Shown here piece after piece: positions 37,119 to 47,484 of a DNA stretch of 64,000 bases (position 1 is its first letter; the number at the start of each line of letters is the position of its first letter). The DNA is from an uncultured Acidobacteriaceae bacterium. Lineage in GTDB: Bacteria > Acidobacteriota > Terriglobia > Terriglobales > Acidobacteriaceae. The translations under genes and the position numbers were made by a program. The DNA lies in contig CAVYVQ010000043.1 in NCBI GenBank assembly GCA_963771895.1, positions 3,497 to 67,496 of the forward strand, given 5' to 3'. The notes under the pieces were generated by a model that saw only the letters and a list, made by a program, of their open reading frames with translations, had not been told where the DNA came from and ran no database searches.

Positions 37119-40100
37119 TTACATTTGTCCCTGCCGCGCACGCTTGGCCTCACGCCGGCTGTGGAATATCGCGAAAACGCTGGGCACAAAAAACAAAGTA
37201 GCGACCGTGGCAAACAGCAGTCCGCCGATGACCGCGCGGCCCAGCGGCGCGTTCTGCTCGCCGCCTTCTCCCAAGCCCAGCGCCATCGGTACCATGCCAA
37301 TGATCATGGCCAGCGCCGTCATCAGCACCGGCCGCATGCGCGTATACCCGGCGGCGACGGCGGCCTGCACGGCGGGAATCCCTTCGTCCAACTGTTCGCG
37401 CGCGAAGCTCACCATCAGAATAGAGTTGGCCGTCGCCACCCCCATGCACATGACCGCGCCGGTAAGCGACGGCACGCTCAATGTAGTTCGGGTCAGCAGC
37501 AGAAACCAGCAGATTCCCGCCAGCGCCCCCGGCAACGCCGCGATGATGATGAACGGATCAAGCCACGACTGGAAGTTAATAACGATCAGCAAATAGACCA
37601 GCAGAATGGCTCCTGCCAGCCCCACGCCCAATCCCACGAACGAAGATCGCATGGTAACTATCTGTCCGCGCACCACGATCCGCGTGCCGCGCGGCAATTG
37701 GCCGTCGAACGTCTTGAGCACTTTGTCGGTGTCGGCAGCCACCGCGCCCAAATCGCGATCCTGCGTGCTGGCGTAAACGTCGATCACCGGCTGCACGTTG
37801 TAATGGTTGACCGTAGCCGGACGCGCCGCCGGATACACCTGCACCAGGTTCCCCATCAACTGTGTGCCTTGCTGCGATGTCACCGGTATCGTCATCAGGT
37901 CTTGCAGGCTCGTCATGCGGTATTGCGGCGACTGCACCGCCATCTGGTAAGTCACGCCGTTGCGCGGATTGAGCCAGAAATTCGGCGCCGTCTGGAAGCT
38001 GCCGCTCAGCGAAACCAGCATGCTCTGCGCCACATCGCGCGCCGTGAGCCCAACCTGCGTGACCCGCGTGCGGTCAATATCCATGTGCACCGTCGGCAGC
38101 GAGAGCAATTGCTGCACGTGTACATCGGCGGCGCCCGGAATGTGCCGCATTTTATTCGCGATCTGCTGCGCGATCAGATAACTCTTTCCCATATCCGTGC
38201 CCACTATCTGCACATCGATGGGCGCGGGCAAGCCAAAATTCAGAATCTGCGAAACAATATCGGCGGGCTGGAAGAAAAACTCCACTCCCGGAAAGCGCTC
38301 CGGCAGCACCTCCCGCAAATGCCGGATGTAACCCGCCGTCGGATGGTGATGTTCAGGATTGAGCGCGATCAGTATCTCCGCGTCGCTGGTGCCAATCGTT
38401 CCGTTCGAACTGTAGGACTGATTGATGCCGGAGTTCGGCAGACCGATGTTGTCGAGAATCGTCTGCAATTCGTCCTTAGGAATCTCCTTCCGCAGGAGGC
38501 CCTCGACCTCATCGCAGAGCCGCGCCGTCTCTTCCACGCGCAAGCCCGGACGCCCGCGCACATGCAGCCGCAATTGCCCCGCATCCACTTGCGGAAAGAA
38601 GTCTTGCCCCAGGAAAAGGAACAGCCCCAGCGAGAGCACGCAAAAAACCAAAAAGCAGAGCACGAAGACGCCGCGATGCTCGAGGGTGGTTTCCAGCAAC
38701 CGCTCGTAACCCCGGCGGAAGTCTTCAAACTTGCGCTCAAAGCCGCGCTGGAAGCGGCCTGGGAACGACTTGGGCGCTTCCGCACGATGCTCGTGACCGC
38801 GCATGATGAACATTACCAGCGTGGGGATGAGGGTTCGCGAGAGCAGATAGCTGGCCAGCATGGCGAAGCTCACAGCCTCCGCCAGCGGCACGAACAAGAA
38901 TTTCGCCACGCCCGCCAGAAAAAACATCGGTACAAACACGATGCAGATGCTGAGCGTCGAGACAAACGCAGGCACCGCAATCTGTTGCGCGCCGTCAAGA
39001 ATTGCCTGCTTCATCTCCTTGCCCATGGCAAGGTTGCGCTCGATGTTTTCGATTTCCACTGTGGCGTCATCCACCAGGATGCCGACCGCAAGCGCCAATC
39101 CTCCCAGGGTCATGATGTTGATGGTTTCGCCGATCGCTCCCAGCATGATGATCGAGACGAAAATCGAAAGCGGAATGGAAACGGAAATGACGATGGTGGG
39201 CCGCCAATCGCCGAGGAAGAGCAGAATCATGACGGCCGTGAGAGCCGCTGCGATCAATCCCTCGCGCAACACGCCCTGAATCGAAGCCCGCACAAAAAGA
39301 GACTGGTCGAACAGCGCGCTGATTTTCAGCTCCGGAGGCAGCGACTGCGCCGCTTGCACCACAATGTTCTTGATCCCAGAGACAATTTCCAGCGTGGAGG
39401 CATTGCCAATCTTGTAGATCGACATCAGCGCCCCGCGGTTTCCATCCTGGCGCACGATGTTCGTCTGCGGTGAGAATCCGTCGCGTATGTGAGCGACATC
39501 GCGCATGTAGAGCGTGGCTCCGTTGGAAGTCTTGACGGGCAGGTCGTTCAACTCCGCAATCGTGGCCGGAGTTCCGTTCATCTCCACGTTGTATTCCACC
39601 GGGCCGACCTTCACCGTGCCGCTGGGGAGAATCAAATTCTGCGCGTTGACGGCGTTGACAATGTCGTTTGGCGACAGTCCGTAAGCCTGCAGTTTCGGCA
39701 GGTCCAGGTCCACTTGAATCTGGCGAATTTTTCCGCCGTAGGGATAAGGCGTAGCCGCGCCCGGCACCGTCGCCAGATAGTTACGCAGAAAGTTCTGGCC
39801 TAGATCGAACAGTTGTTGCTCCGGCAGGGTCTTGCTGCTCAGCCCGAGCTGAACGATCGGCGTAGTGGAGGCGCTATAGGAGATGACCAGCGGCGGCACC
39901 GTGCCGGGGGGAAGGCCGCGCAACGTGGTCTGAGCGATCGCGGTGATTTCCGCGATGGCGCCTTGTACGTTCGTGCCCGGACGGAAAAAAACCTTGATCA
40001 CTCCTAAACCGTTTACCGACTGAGACTCCATGTGCTCGATGTCGTTGACGGTGATGTTGATGCCGCGCTCGGAATTGGTCACGATACGGTCCGCCATGTC

Positions 40101-40271
40101 CTGCGGGGACATGCCGATATAGGACCAAACCACAGAGACCACCGGAATGTTGATATCGGGAAAGATGTCCGTCGGAGTGCGTAAAACTGTAACTATGAAC
40201 AGGATAATGATGACGAGCGCCATCACCACGAAGGTATAGGGACGCCTCAGCGCTAATGCGACAATCCACAT
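37119..40271 (-). CDS. RND efflux permease (AcrB/CzcA superfamily)
   Basis: 1050 aa, 12-TM RND architecture. MWIVALALRRPYTFVVMALVIIILF... It is the first gene of the operon, so the order is permease, adaptor, OMF. Confidence 0.95.
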   Translation of the reverse strand: MWIVALALRRPYTFVVMALVIIILFIVTVLRTPTDIFPDINIPVVSVVWSYIGMSPQDMADRIVTNSERGINITVNDIEHMESQSVNGLGVIKVFFRPGTNVQGAIAEITAIAQTTLRGLPPGTVPPLVISYSASTTPIVQLGLSSKTLPEQQLFDLGQNFLRNYLATVPGAATPYPYGGKIRQIQVDLDLPKLQAYGLSPNDIVNAVNAQNLILPSGTVKVGPVEYNVEMNGTPATIAELNDLPVKTSNGATLYMRDVAHIRDGFSPQTNIVRQDGNRGALMSIYKIGNASTLEIVSGIKNIVVQAAQSLPPELKISALFDQSLFVRASIQGVLREGLIAAALTAVMILLFLGDWRPTIVISVSIPLSIFVSIIMLGAIGETINIMTLGGLALAVGILVDDATVEIENIERNLAMGKEMKQAILDGAQQIAVPAFVSTLSICIVFVPMFFLAGVAKFLFVPLAEAVSFAMLASYLLSRTLIPTLVMFIMRGHEHRAEAPKSFPGRFQRGFERKFEDFRRGYERLLETTLEHRGVFVLCFLVFCVLSLGLFLFLGQDFFPQVDAGQLRLHVRGRPGLRVEETARLCDEVEGLLRKEIPKDELQTILDNIGLPNSGINQSYSSNGTIGTSDAEILIALNPEHHHPTAGYIRHLREVLPERFPGVEFFFQPADIVSQILNFGLPAPIDVQIVGTDMGKSYLIAQQIANKMRHIPGAADVHVQQLLSLPTVHMDIDRTRVTQVGLTARDVAQSMLVSLSGSFQTAPNFWLNPRNGVTYQMAVQSPQYRMTSLQDLMTIPVTSQQGTQLMGNLVQVYPAARPATVNHYNVQPVIDVYASTQDRDLGAVAADTDKVLKTFDGQLPRGTRIVVRGQIVTMRSSFVGLGVGLAGAILLVYLLIVINFQSWLDPFIIIAALPGALAGICWFLLLTRTTLSVPSLTGAVMCMGVATANSILMVSFAREQLDEGIPAVQAAVAAGYTRMRPVLMTALAMIIGMVPMALGLGEGGEQNAPLGRAVIGGLLFATVATLFFVPSVFAIFHSRREAKRARQGQM

Positions 40272-40403
40272 CGGTTAGGCACACTCCAGAGTTAGGACGA
40301 CTGCACTATACGGATGCGAAGAAAACCGCTGGACCTGATTTTAGATTCGATACTGACCGTATTGGATTCCATGTCCGTTTTCATTATATTGTAGGGTAAG
40401 ATT

Positions 40404-41024
40404 ATGCGCCAAAAGTCTCCGGCTCACGGAAACCGCGGCGGAGGCCGCCGCAAGCGCTCTCCCGGGCGCCCGCGCAGCGAACAGGCCCGCGTGGCTATCC
40501 TGCGCAGCACGTTGAAACTTTTGGCAGAGAATGGCTTTTCCGGTCTGAGCATTGAAGCCGTTGCAGCCCATGCCAACGTTGGCAAGGCAACTGTTTATCG
40601 CTGGTGGCCTGACAAGGCCGCTCTTATCACGGACGCCTTCGCCAGCAGCACGGGCCGAAAGCTCAACTTCCCCGATACCGGCTCCGTTTTCACGGACATG
40701 AACCAGCAGATGCGCCAAGTGGTCAAAATCTTTCGCAGCCCTCGTGGGCGTATTCTTTCCGCCATTCTGGCCGCCGGCCAGAGCGACGGAGACGTCATCG
40801 CCGCTTTTCGCGACCGCTTCATGAGGCCGCGCCGCCAGGAAGCCTACGCGACGATTCGACGCGGAGTTCAACGCGGCGAACTGCGCAAGGACGTGGACAT
40901 GGACCTGTTGCTGGATTCACTCTACGGGCCCATCTACATGCGATTTCTGATCCGCCACGACAAGTTGACGCCCAACTTCGTCGACAGTCTTTGCAAACTC
41001 GTGTTGGGGGAGTCTCGTCCCTAG
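40404..41024 (+). CDS. TetR/AcrR-family transcriptional regulator
   Basis: HTH segment FSGLSIEAVAAHANVGKATVYRWWPDKAAL. Divergent from the RND operon. Confidence 0.85.
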   Translation: MRQKSPAHGNRGGGRRKRSPGRPRSEQARVAILRSTLKLLAENGFSGLSIEAVAAHANVGKATVYRWWPDKAALITDAFASSTGRKLNFPDTGSVFTDMNQQMRQVVKIFRSPRGRILSAILAAGQSDGDVIAAFRDRFMRPRRQEAYATIRRGVQRGELRKDVDMDLLLDSLYGPIYMRFLIRHDKLTPNFVDSLCKLVLGESRP

Positions 41025-41048
41025 AGGAGAATTACGATCTCGAGCCTT

Positions 41049-41867
41049 CTAGTGCGGGATCCACTGCGCGTGGTTCGTGAACAGTCCGTTCACAAAACAA
41101 ATCTGGTAAGCCACGAAAAGACCGAAGCCAAGGCTGAGCAGACCCGCAGCTAACGCCAGCCGCCGCGAAAACTTCTGGCGGCCCCTCCCCATCATCGTGA
41201 ATGCCGAAGCAATGCTCATCGTGATCAGCATCATGCCCGCAATCGTGCCCACGCCAAAGATCAACAGGTAGGCGACTGCCCAATGCACGTTTCGTATCGT
41301 AGTCAATACCAGCAAAGCCACCGCCGCTGAACCGGCAAGCCCATGAACGATGCCCACCATGAGCGGCCGAAGATATTGATACACGCTGACCTTCCCGAAT
41401 ACGCGGTCCATCCAATCGAGGGGCGCGTGGTCGGGTAAATCTGAATAGCTCTCATGTTGGTGAGCGTGGTTATGGACGAAGTCTCCATGGCTGTGGGGAT
41501 GAGAGTGGACGAATTTCACTGCCGCATGATCCTGAATCGATCCGGCGGGCGCAGTTCCGGCAGGAACGGCCCCAAGAAACCCGGCGACATTCCACACGCC
41601 GAGAATAATCAGCATCACCGCGACCGACAACTCCATGCTCAGCCCGATCCGCACTGGAATCACGAGATTGAAAAGAATAATTCCAGCCCCGACCACGAAG
41701 ATGGTAAGAGTGTGGCCAACGCCCCAAAATGCTCCGATCAAAGCCGCCCGCATATTATTGCGCTGATTGCTGACGATGGTCGTGACGGCAATAACGTGAT
41801 CCGGATCCGTGGCGTGGCGCATCCCCAGAAAAAATCCCACGGCGAGGATGGAGAGAAACCCAATCAT
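41049..41867 (-). CDS. NiCoT/NicO-type nickel/cobalt transporter with a His-rich loop
   Basis: Starts at MIGFLSILAVGFFLG. HX4DH signature in GMRHATDPDHVIAV. His-rich loop HSHPHSHGDFVHNHAHQHE. Second-half motif GIVHGLAGSAA. The upstream 65 codons of the listed ORF look non-coding. Confidence 0.7.
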   Translation of the reverse strand: MIGFLSILAVGFFLGMRHATDPDHVIAVTTIVSNQRNNMRAALIGAFWGVGHTLTIFVVGAGIILFNLVIPVRIGLSMELSVAVMLIILGVWNVAGFLGAVPAGTAPAGSIQDHAAVKFVHSHPHSHGDFVHNHAHQHESYSDLPDHAPLDWMDRVFGKVSVYQYLRPLMVGIVHGLAGSAAVALLVLTTIRNVHWAVAYLLIFGVGTIAGMMLITMSIASAFTMMGRGRQKFSRRLALAAGLLSLGFGLFVAYQICFVNGLFTNHAQWIPH

Positions 41868-41975
41868 GCATTGCACCTGGAACTGGCCGCTGCGTGGGAA
41901 AACTCTATCAGGCAAGCCACAAGAAATGCCAATCTCGACCGCCCTGGGAGGGGTGGTCCTCGGAAAGCGCTGAAC

Positions 41976-42018
41976 GTTCCAACTGGAACATACGTGCGTT
42001 ATGTTCCAACTGGAACAT
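41976..42018. promoter_or_regulatory. two copies of a GTTCCA-AC-TGGAAC palindrome upstream of the metal transporter (candidate operator)
   Basis: gttccaactggaac at 41976-41989 and atgttccaactggaacat at 42001-42018. Centres are 27 bp apart, 110-150 nt upstream of the start at 41867. Confidence 0.45.
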
Positions 42019-42216
42019 TTTGTGCATCCAATCCTATGCGTATGAGACAGTATGTACAACACAGCCTAACCATAGGAACGGAGGCAGTTAAGAGGGTTGA
42101 GAGAATGTGCGCGGGTTAGACTCCGATATTCTGCGCCTAGAACGCTAAGATACGGGCTCTTCAATGTGCAAAGAAAGCTTGTTCGGGATGACAATCAACT
42201 CCAGAACTCTGCCAGA

Positions 42217-42687
42217 CTAGCCTTTCCCCAAATACTCCCCCGCCAGGGTGGCGCAGGCTTCAACGAAGTCCTGCTCTGGTTTATCGAAGGTGCCGGCGAA
42301 ATAGCTCTCGACATCGAGTTCCGCTGCGAGCGCGGCCTTCACGAGGATGGGGACGACAATCTCGCTATTCACCATGGAAGATCCCGAGAGATAACGCGGG
42401 TCTTTGGACACGTCATCGACGACTACGGTCTGCCCGGTGGTGGCGGCAGCGCCGCAGAGTCCTGTGTCGAGGGGGATGCGAGCGTTGGGGGTAAAGCTGC
42501 CGGCGAAAGGTCCGACCAGCAAGACACCGGGGTCTGCCGGATCAACGAGATAAAAGCCTACCCAGTTGTATCGTGTCATCTTCTCATGAAGACGTTGGGC
42601 GATGTGCTCCATGAGAGACTGGGCCGTGGAAGCGGTCAGAGCAAAGGCCCGAAATTCGCGGAGAAGTTCTTCGTGCACAGGCAACAT
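42217..42687 (-). CDS. single-domain GAF protein (free methionine-R-sulfoxide reductase-like)
   Basis: 156 aa. YNWVGFYLVDP...LLVGPFAGSFTPNARIPLDTGLCGAAATTGQTVVVDDV...SEIVVPI. Confidence 0.7.
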   Translation of the reverse strand: MLPVHEELLREFRAFALTASTAQSLMEHIAQRLHEKMTRYNWVGFYLVDPADPGVLLVGPFAGSFTPNARIPLDTGLCGAAATTGQTVVVDDVSKDPRYLSGSSMVNSEIVVPILVKAALAAELDVESYFAGTFDKPEQDFVEACATLAGEYLGKG

Positions 42688-42778
42688 GTTTCGGCCCTCG
42701 TGAGTGTCAGGTCTTGGGTTATAGGTCTTGGGTCATCGGAACCAATACCTAAGAGCTGTCAACTAAGACCGCAGGCCC

Positions 42779-45442
42779 TTACTGCTTGAGTGTGCCGGTC
42801 CAGTTGAGGATGACTTCCTGAGGGTGGGCCTGGCCTCCGCTAAGCGCCTTCAGAGCTGGAAAGCGTTCGCCGGGCGCGACGTGTCCGAGGGAAGCGAATT
42901 CATTCACGTGGATGGGGAGCGCGGTCGGGGCTCCGAATTGGAAGGTTTCGACGTTCTGAATTGCCACCACCATGAGTTTATCGCCGACGATGTAGTAGAG
43001 TTGCTTGCCATCCGCGCTCCACGAAGGGGAACCGCCGCCGCCATTCGAAACCTGAAATTTTCCGCCGGGACCGGGGAAGGCGGTCACATAGACTTCGTAC
43101 CTTCCGGACTCGTCGGACTGGTAGGCCAGCCATTTAGCGTTCGGCGACAGAACGGCGTTCGCTTCATTCGCCGGCGATTCGAGGAAAGGAGTCAACTTCT
43201 TGTCGCCGCTGAGATCGGTGTAATAGACATCCTGCCGCGTGGCGTTGTTCTGCACCATGAAGAAAAGGTAGCGGCCCTTGGGAGACCAGCTGGTGACGTT
43301 GCCGAAGGTCTTGGGCGCATCCAACTTCTCCTGATTGCCTGAACCGCTGGTGGGCTGGATCCACATTCCGCCTGTGGCCGTGCCGGCAATGGTGCCGACC
43401 GCGATCCTTTTGGCGTCCGGGGAAAAGGCGTAGGAAATGCTGGCCGCATCGGCGAATGTGCTGCGCGACACGGTATTGCGGCTGGTATCGACGACCCAGA
43501 CATCTCCTTTGCCGGTGTCAGGATCGGGACGGACCAGCCCGACCAGGGATCCGTCGATGGAAGCGCGGGGCTGCGTATAGAGGCCGGGCTCGCCAAAGCG
43601 TCCGACCTCTTTGCCGGTGCGGTCGACCCACATGGGCTGAGTCTTCTGCAGCGATCCGTGACGGAAGACGAGCGTGCCGTGCGCGGCAGTGAAGGCGGCG
43701 AGGTCGCGCGCGTTCCAATAATCGAGTTTTTCGGCTACGGGGGCGGGATCGCCGCTGAACTTGAGCGATTTTGGATCGAAGCGCTGAGCCACGAGCACGG
43801 TTTCGCGGAGGTACAGGAGGTAACCTTCGGAATACTGAGCGTTCGAGGCGGCATCCAGGATCTGGCGCGGCTTCTCGCCGGAGAGCGACGCGCCGTACAA
43901 CGCACCCCCGCCACCACCGGCCGCCCCGACCGCCTCGCGATAAGTAAAGAGGAAGTGGTCACCATCGGGCAGAAAGTATGGGTTGCGATGGGTCCAACCC
44001 GGTTTGGCTTCGGTGAGCTTCTCGGGCATGCCGCCGCCTTCGGGCACCTTGTACAGGGGCTCGAGAATATTGGGCGTGAAGATGATCACGCCGCGCGGGC
44101 TCCACGATGCGCCTCGGCCTTCGGGTGCGTCGCAGAGCACCTGCACCGGTCCACCGGCGAGCGCTACTTTCTTCAACTTTCCCGCGGAAAAGAATCCAAT
44201 GTTTTTGCCATCGGGCGACCAGAAGGGAAAAGTTGGCCGCTCGACCTCCATCTGGTGCAGCCCGCCGGTGGCAACATCGCGGACCCACAGCTTTGTGTCG
44301 GAAGGGTCACCGGCGAGGAAGGCGAGTTTCGAGCCATCTGGAGAAAGTGCCAGCGCACCGGCCACAACGGAGGTGAATTCCGTGTCGCTGGGCGGCAGCC
44401 AGGAGGCTGTCATGGGCCGTCGCGCGTCTTCCAGCCGGGAGCGAGACGATAGGAAAATGGCGAGAGCCGCGGCAGCAAGAATCCAACCCACAGCCGCAGC
44501 AATCAGCAACGTGCGCTTCTGCACTACGCGGCGAGCGCGGATCTGGGCGGGGGCAGCCAACTGGCTGGTAGAGGCTTGCGCGATCCATTTCAATTGCAGC
44601 TTCAGATCGTGCACCGTCTGGAAGCGCTCGTCAGGATCCTTGGCGAGGCAGGACTTAATAACCTGCTCCAGCGCGGGCGGGGACATGGGCTGCACCATTG
44701 AAATTGGCGGTGGGTCGGAGGCGAGAATTGCCGCGACGAGACTGGCCTGGCTTTTTCCGGTGAAGGCGCGCTTGCCGGTCGCCATCTCGTACAGCATCGC
44801 GCCGAAGGCGAAAATGTCTGAGCGCGCGTCGGCTTCTTTGCCTTCAGTCTGCTCCGGGGACATGTACTGGAACGTGCCGACGATGGTGCCGTGCGCGGTT
44901 AGCGGCTGATCGGCGGATGGGTGGGAAATCGTCAGGGTCAGACTAGAGGCGGGTGACGCTCCCGAGAGGGTAGCTTTGGCAAGGCCGAAATCCATCAGCT
45001 TCGCGCCGGTCTTGGTTAGCATCACGTTGGCCGGCTTCAGGTCCCGGTGGACGATGCCGCTTTTGTGCGCCCGTTCGAGGCCTTCGCAGATTTCGATACC
45101 GTATTTCAACACCAGTTCGGTCGGCAGCGGACCTTTTCGCAAGCGGTCGGCGAGAGTCTCGCCTTCCAAATACTCCATGACCAGGAAGTCGATGCCATCC
45201 TGATGACCGATGTCGTGCAGAGTGCAAATGTTGGGATGGTTCAGAGAAGAGATGGCACGGGCTTCGCGGTCGAAGCGCTGTTTGGCTTCGATGTTGTCGG
45301 AAAGATGGCCGGGCAGGATTTTGACGGCGACGGTGCGGTCGAGGCGAGTGTCTTTGGCTCGATACACTTCTCCCATGCCGCCCGCGCCCAAGGGAGATTG
45401 AATTTCATACGGACCGAGTTTCGTGCCGGGAGTGAGTGCCAT
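42779..45442 (-). CDS. Ser/Thr protein kinase with TM helix and C-terminal PD40/TolB-like beta-propeller
   Basis: [40 protein letters not shown] and [10 protein letters not shown]. One TM helix follows, then repeated SPDG-type blades ([60 protein letters not shown]). Confidence 0.9.
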   Translation of the reverse strand: MALTPGTKLGPYEIQSPLGAGGMGEVYRAKDTRLDRTVAVKILPGHLSDNIEAKQRFDREARAISSLNHPNICTLHDIGHQDGIDFLVMEYLEGETLADRLRKGPLPTELVLKYGIEICEGLERAHKSGIVHRDLKPANVMLTKTGAKLMDFGLAKATLSGASPASSLTLTISHPSADQPLTAHGTIVGTFQYMSPEQTEGKEADARSDIFAFGAMLYEMATGKRAFTGKSQASLVAAILASDPPPISMVQPMSPPALEQVIKSCLAKDPDERFQTVHDLKLQLKWIAQASTSQLAAPAQIRARRVVQKRTLLIAAAVGWILAAAALAIFLSSRSRLEDARRPMTASWLPPSDTEFTSVVAGALALSPDGSKLAFLAGDPSDTKLWVRDVATGGLHQMEVERPTFPFWSPDGKNIGFFSAGKLKKVALAGGPVQVLCDAPEGRGASWSPRGVIIFTPNILEPLYKVPEGGGMPEKLTEAKPGWTHRNPYFLPDGDHFLFTYREAVGAAGGGGGALYGASLSGEKPRQILDAASNAQYSEGYLLYLRETVLVAQRFDPKSLKFSGDPAPVAEKLDYWNARDLAAFTAAHGTLVFRHGSLQKTQPMWVDRTGKEVGRFGEPGLYTQPRASIDGSLVGLVRPDPDTGKGDVWVVDTSRNTVSRSTFADAASISYAFSPDAKRIAVGTIAGTATGGMWIQPTSGSGNQEKLDAPKTFGNVTSWSPKGRYLFFMVQNNATRQDVYYTDLSGDKKLTPFLESPANEANAVLSPNAKWLAYQSDESGRYEVYVTAFPGPGGKFQVSNGGGGSPSWSADGKQLYYIVGDKLMVVAIQNVETFQFGAPTALPIHVNEFASLGHVAPGERFPALKALSGGQAHPQEVILNWTGTLKQ

Positions 45443-45517
45443 GGGCGGGCACAATTATAGCGTGATCAGTCGCGGAGTGGGCGCGACGAATCCGGCCGCG
45501 GCTTCGGTGGTCCGCTA

Positions 45518-45830
45518 CTGATGCTGGCCGAGAGAACAATCCGGATTCACATTCTGGATGTAGATCCCGGTGTTGCCGGTGCGGTCGTCCTCAAAGGCCA
45601 CGGCCGCGATGCCGGAAGGGCGCGATCGCCGCGACCAGACGGGATTTATCGGAGAGCACTGACGATACAGGAAATTGCGGGCATACCGTCACGCCGGAGT
45701 CGTCGAGTCGCGTTGCCTGCCAGAGCAGGCTGCCGGAGGAAGAAACCTTATTGGTCCACCAGTTGGCTGTTGCTGCCGAAGCCCTGGTTGCTCCCTTGGT
45801 GCGCAATCGATTGCGCACTGGATAGTAACC
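45518..45830 (-). pseudogene. possible decayed fragment of a PD40-repeat gene
   Basis: One minus-strand frame reads ..NPVWSRRSRPSGIAAVAFEDDRTGNTGIYIQNVNPDCSLGQHQ-stop (stop at 45518-45520). An adjacent frame reads ..DDSGVTVCPQFPVSSVLSDKSRLVAAIA. Both resemble PD40 blades, but no intact ORF exists. Confidence 0.25.
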
Positions 45831-45938
45831 TCAGTAACCCGTATAAACCCCAAAAGTAATCATTCACAACAACTTAATGGCACCTAGGGGCCATTCCTCC
45901 TGGCCCGACGCTTGCGTTAGTACTAGTACAGGTGGCCG

Positions 45939-46496
45939 ATGCTGGCATTCACTAACGTTACGCGGAAGAACTGGTTTAGCGCGATCCTGCAACCTAGGAC
46001 GGCTATTCTGCTGGGCATCCTTGGTTTGTGCCTGCCGGCGCTGTCACAGGAAGTGTCGGTAGCGATGCTTCAGCCTGAGGGGAGCCAACCTGGCGCGACA
46101 GGGGCGATTCAACCTGCAGAGACCCAACCCAAACCGATGGCGCCGAGTTCGTTGGTCACGCCGGTCCAACCGGCAAAGCTGCCGGAGACCCGTCATCGTT
46201 TCTTGGATCGCGAGAATAGCGCTCTTTTTGCCCTAAGTGCCGCATTCAACGCTGCCGACTTCGTCGTGACCCGGGACAACCTGCGCAGTGGTGGCCGTGA
46301 ACTGAATCCTGCAACCCGGCTATTGAGCGGCAGTACGGCGGGGCTTGCCGTGAACTTCGCCGGCGAGACGGCGGGCGTGGTCGCGCTCAGCTACTTCTTC
46401 CATAAGACCGGACATCACAGACTGGAGCGTGTTGTCTCCATGGTGAACATCGGTTCCTCGGCTGGGGCGGTGGCTTTTGACTTGGCCCATCGATAA
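45939..46496 (+). CDS. hypothetical secreted/membrane protein
   Basis: 185-aa ORF with a signal-like segment (AILLGILGLCLPALSQE), a Pro/Gln-rich linker and a hydrophobic C-terminal half. No family recognised. Confidence 0.45.
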   Translation: MLAFTNVTRKNWFSAILQPRTAILLGILGLCLPALSQEVSVAMLQPEGSQPGATGAIQPAETQPKPMAPSSLVTPVQPAKLPETRHRFLDRENSALFALSAAFNAADFVVTRDNLRSGGRELNPATRLLSGSTAGLAVNFAGETAGVVALSYFFHKTGHHRLERVVSMVNIGSSAGAVAFDLAHR

Positions 46497-46516
46497 TCGC
46501 GATAGATTCCCTCCGC

Positions 46517-47344
46517 TCACGACTCCCGCACTTCGTCGCTAACGACTTGGAAGTTAATCAACCTCGCGCTCCCGAAGGACGTCGTCATCGCGCAGTCAGT
46601 TGCATCCCGGCCGGTGGCCATCAACACGCGTCCGATGCGTCGAATGTTGTGCCGGGCGTCGAAGGTCCACCAGCGATCTCCCAGATAAACCTCAAACCAG
46701 GCGCTGAAATCCATCGGGCTCGGGGCAACGATGACTCCGATATCGCCTAGGTATCCAGTGGCGTAACGCGCCGGAATGTTGAGGGCCCGGCAGAAGGTAA
46801 TCGCGAGGTGCTGAAAGTCACGGCACACTCCGACGCGTTCTGTATATACGTCCAGCGCAGTGCGGAAGGGACTGGAAAACTCGTATCCAAAGGTGACCTT
46901 GCTGTGCACCCAATCACACACTGCCTTAACCCGCTGCCACCCTTGGGGAGCGTTCCAAAACAGTTCCGCCGCAATGTTCGATAAGAGATCCACTTCGCAA
47001 TACCGGCTGTTCATAAGGAAGGGCAAAACGTTCAGGGGCAGTTGATGGATGGGAACCTCGGCTGCGTCCGGGCTTTCCGCATCGGGCGTTCCCGGGTCTT
47101 CAATCAGCGTGGAATTCTGAAATCGAATCTTGCCGGGCGGGGCTACCAGCCGGCAACTGTGATTGCCGAACATGTCTTCATAGCTCTCGATGGTCACCAG
47201 TGGATCGGTTTGCAATTCGTCGGGCTCCCGCAGGTCTTTTTCTCGCGATGGATGTACGTTCAGCAGGGTCACGATCGGTACTTCCCCAACGGTTTCGAAT
47301 TGAATGTCGTAGCCAAGACGAATCAACATTGCAAGCTGCCTCAT
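46517..47344 (-). CDS. transglutaminase-like family protein (paralogue 1 of the Anbu neighbourhood)
   Basis: MRQLAMLIRLGYDIQFE.. Core GVCRDFQHLAITFCRALNIPARYATGYL ... DFSAWFEVYLGDRWWTFDARHN. Start is at Met 47344 or 47329. Confidence 0.75.
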   Translation of the reverse strand: MRQLAMLIRLGYDIQFETVGEVPIVTLLNVHPSREKDLREPDELQTDPLVTIESYEDMFGNHSCRLVAPPGKIRFQNSTLIEDPGTPDAESPDAAEVPIHQLPLNVLPFLMNSRYCEVDLLSNIAAELFWNAPQGWQRVKAVCDWVHSKVTFGYEFSSPFRTALDVYTERVGVCRDFQHLAITFCRALNIPARYATGYLGDIGVIVAPSPMDFSAWFEVYLGDRWWTFDARHNIRRIGRVLMATGRDATDCAMTTSFGSARLINFQVVSDEVRES

Positions 47345-47484
47345 GCGCGCGGTGCGGCGCAGGTGAGATGCCGAAACTATCACGTAATCTGTCGCTCTTC
47401 CACATTTTTTCTTGCTGGCCTGGATTGTAAATTCGGCAGCAGCAATCGGTGTATGATGCGGTAAGTTCAATCTTAGGGGACAAA

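Noticed and set aside
37125-39473. 782-aa ORF on the + strand, the longest unexplained ORF in the track
   Set aside because: It lies entirely antisense to the well-supported RND permease (37119-40271). Its translation is Arg/His/Gln-rich low-complexity sequence, typical of the shadow frame of a GC-rich gene.
40343-40369. Imperfect inverted repeat agattcgatac-tgacc-gtattggattc in the TetR/RND divergent intergenic region
   Set aside because: Only about 7 of 11 arm positions are complementary. It is plausible as a TetR operator but too weak to call from sequence alone.
42011-42026. Sigma54-like TGGAAC-N6-TGCA (GG-N10-GC spacing) formed by the second palindrome
   Set aside because: It points away from the transporter gene toward a region with no + strand gene. 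The minus-strand counterpart lacks the TTGC element. It is more simply explained as part of the dyad operator.
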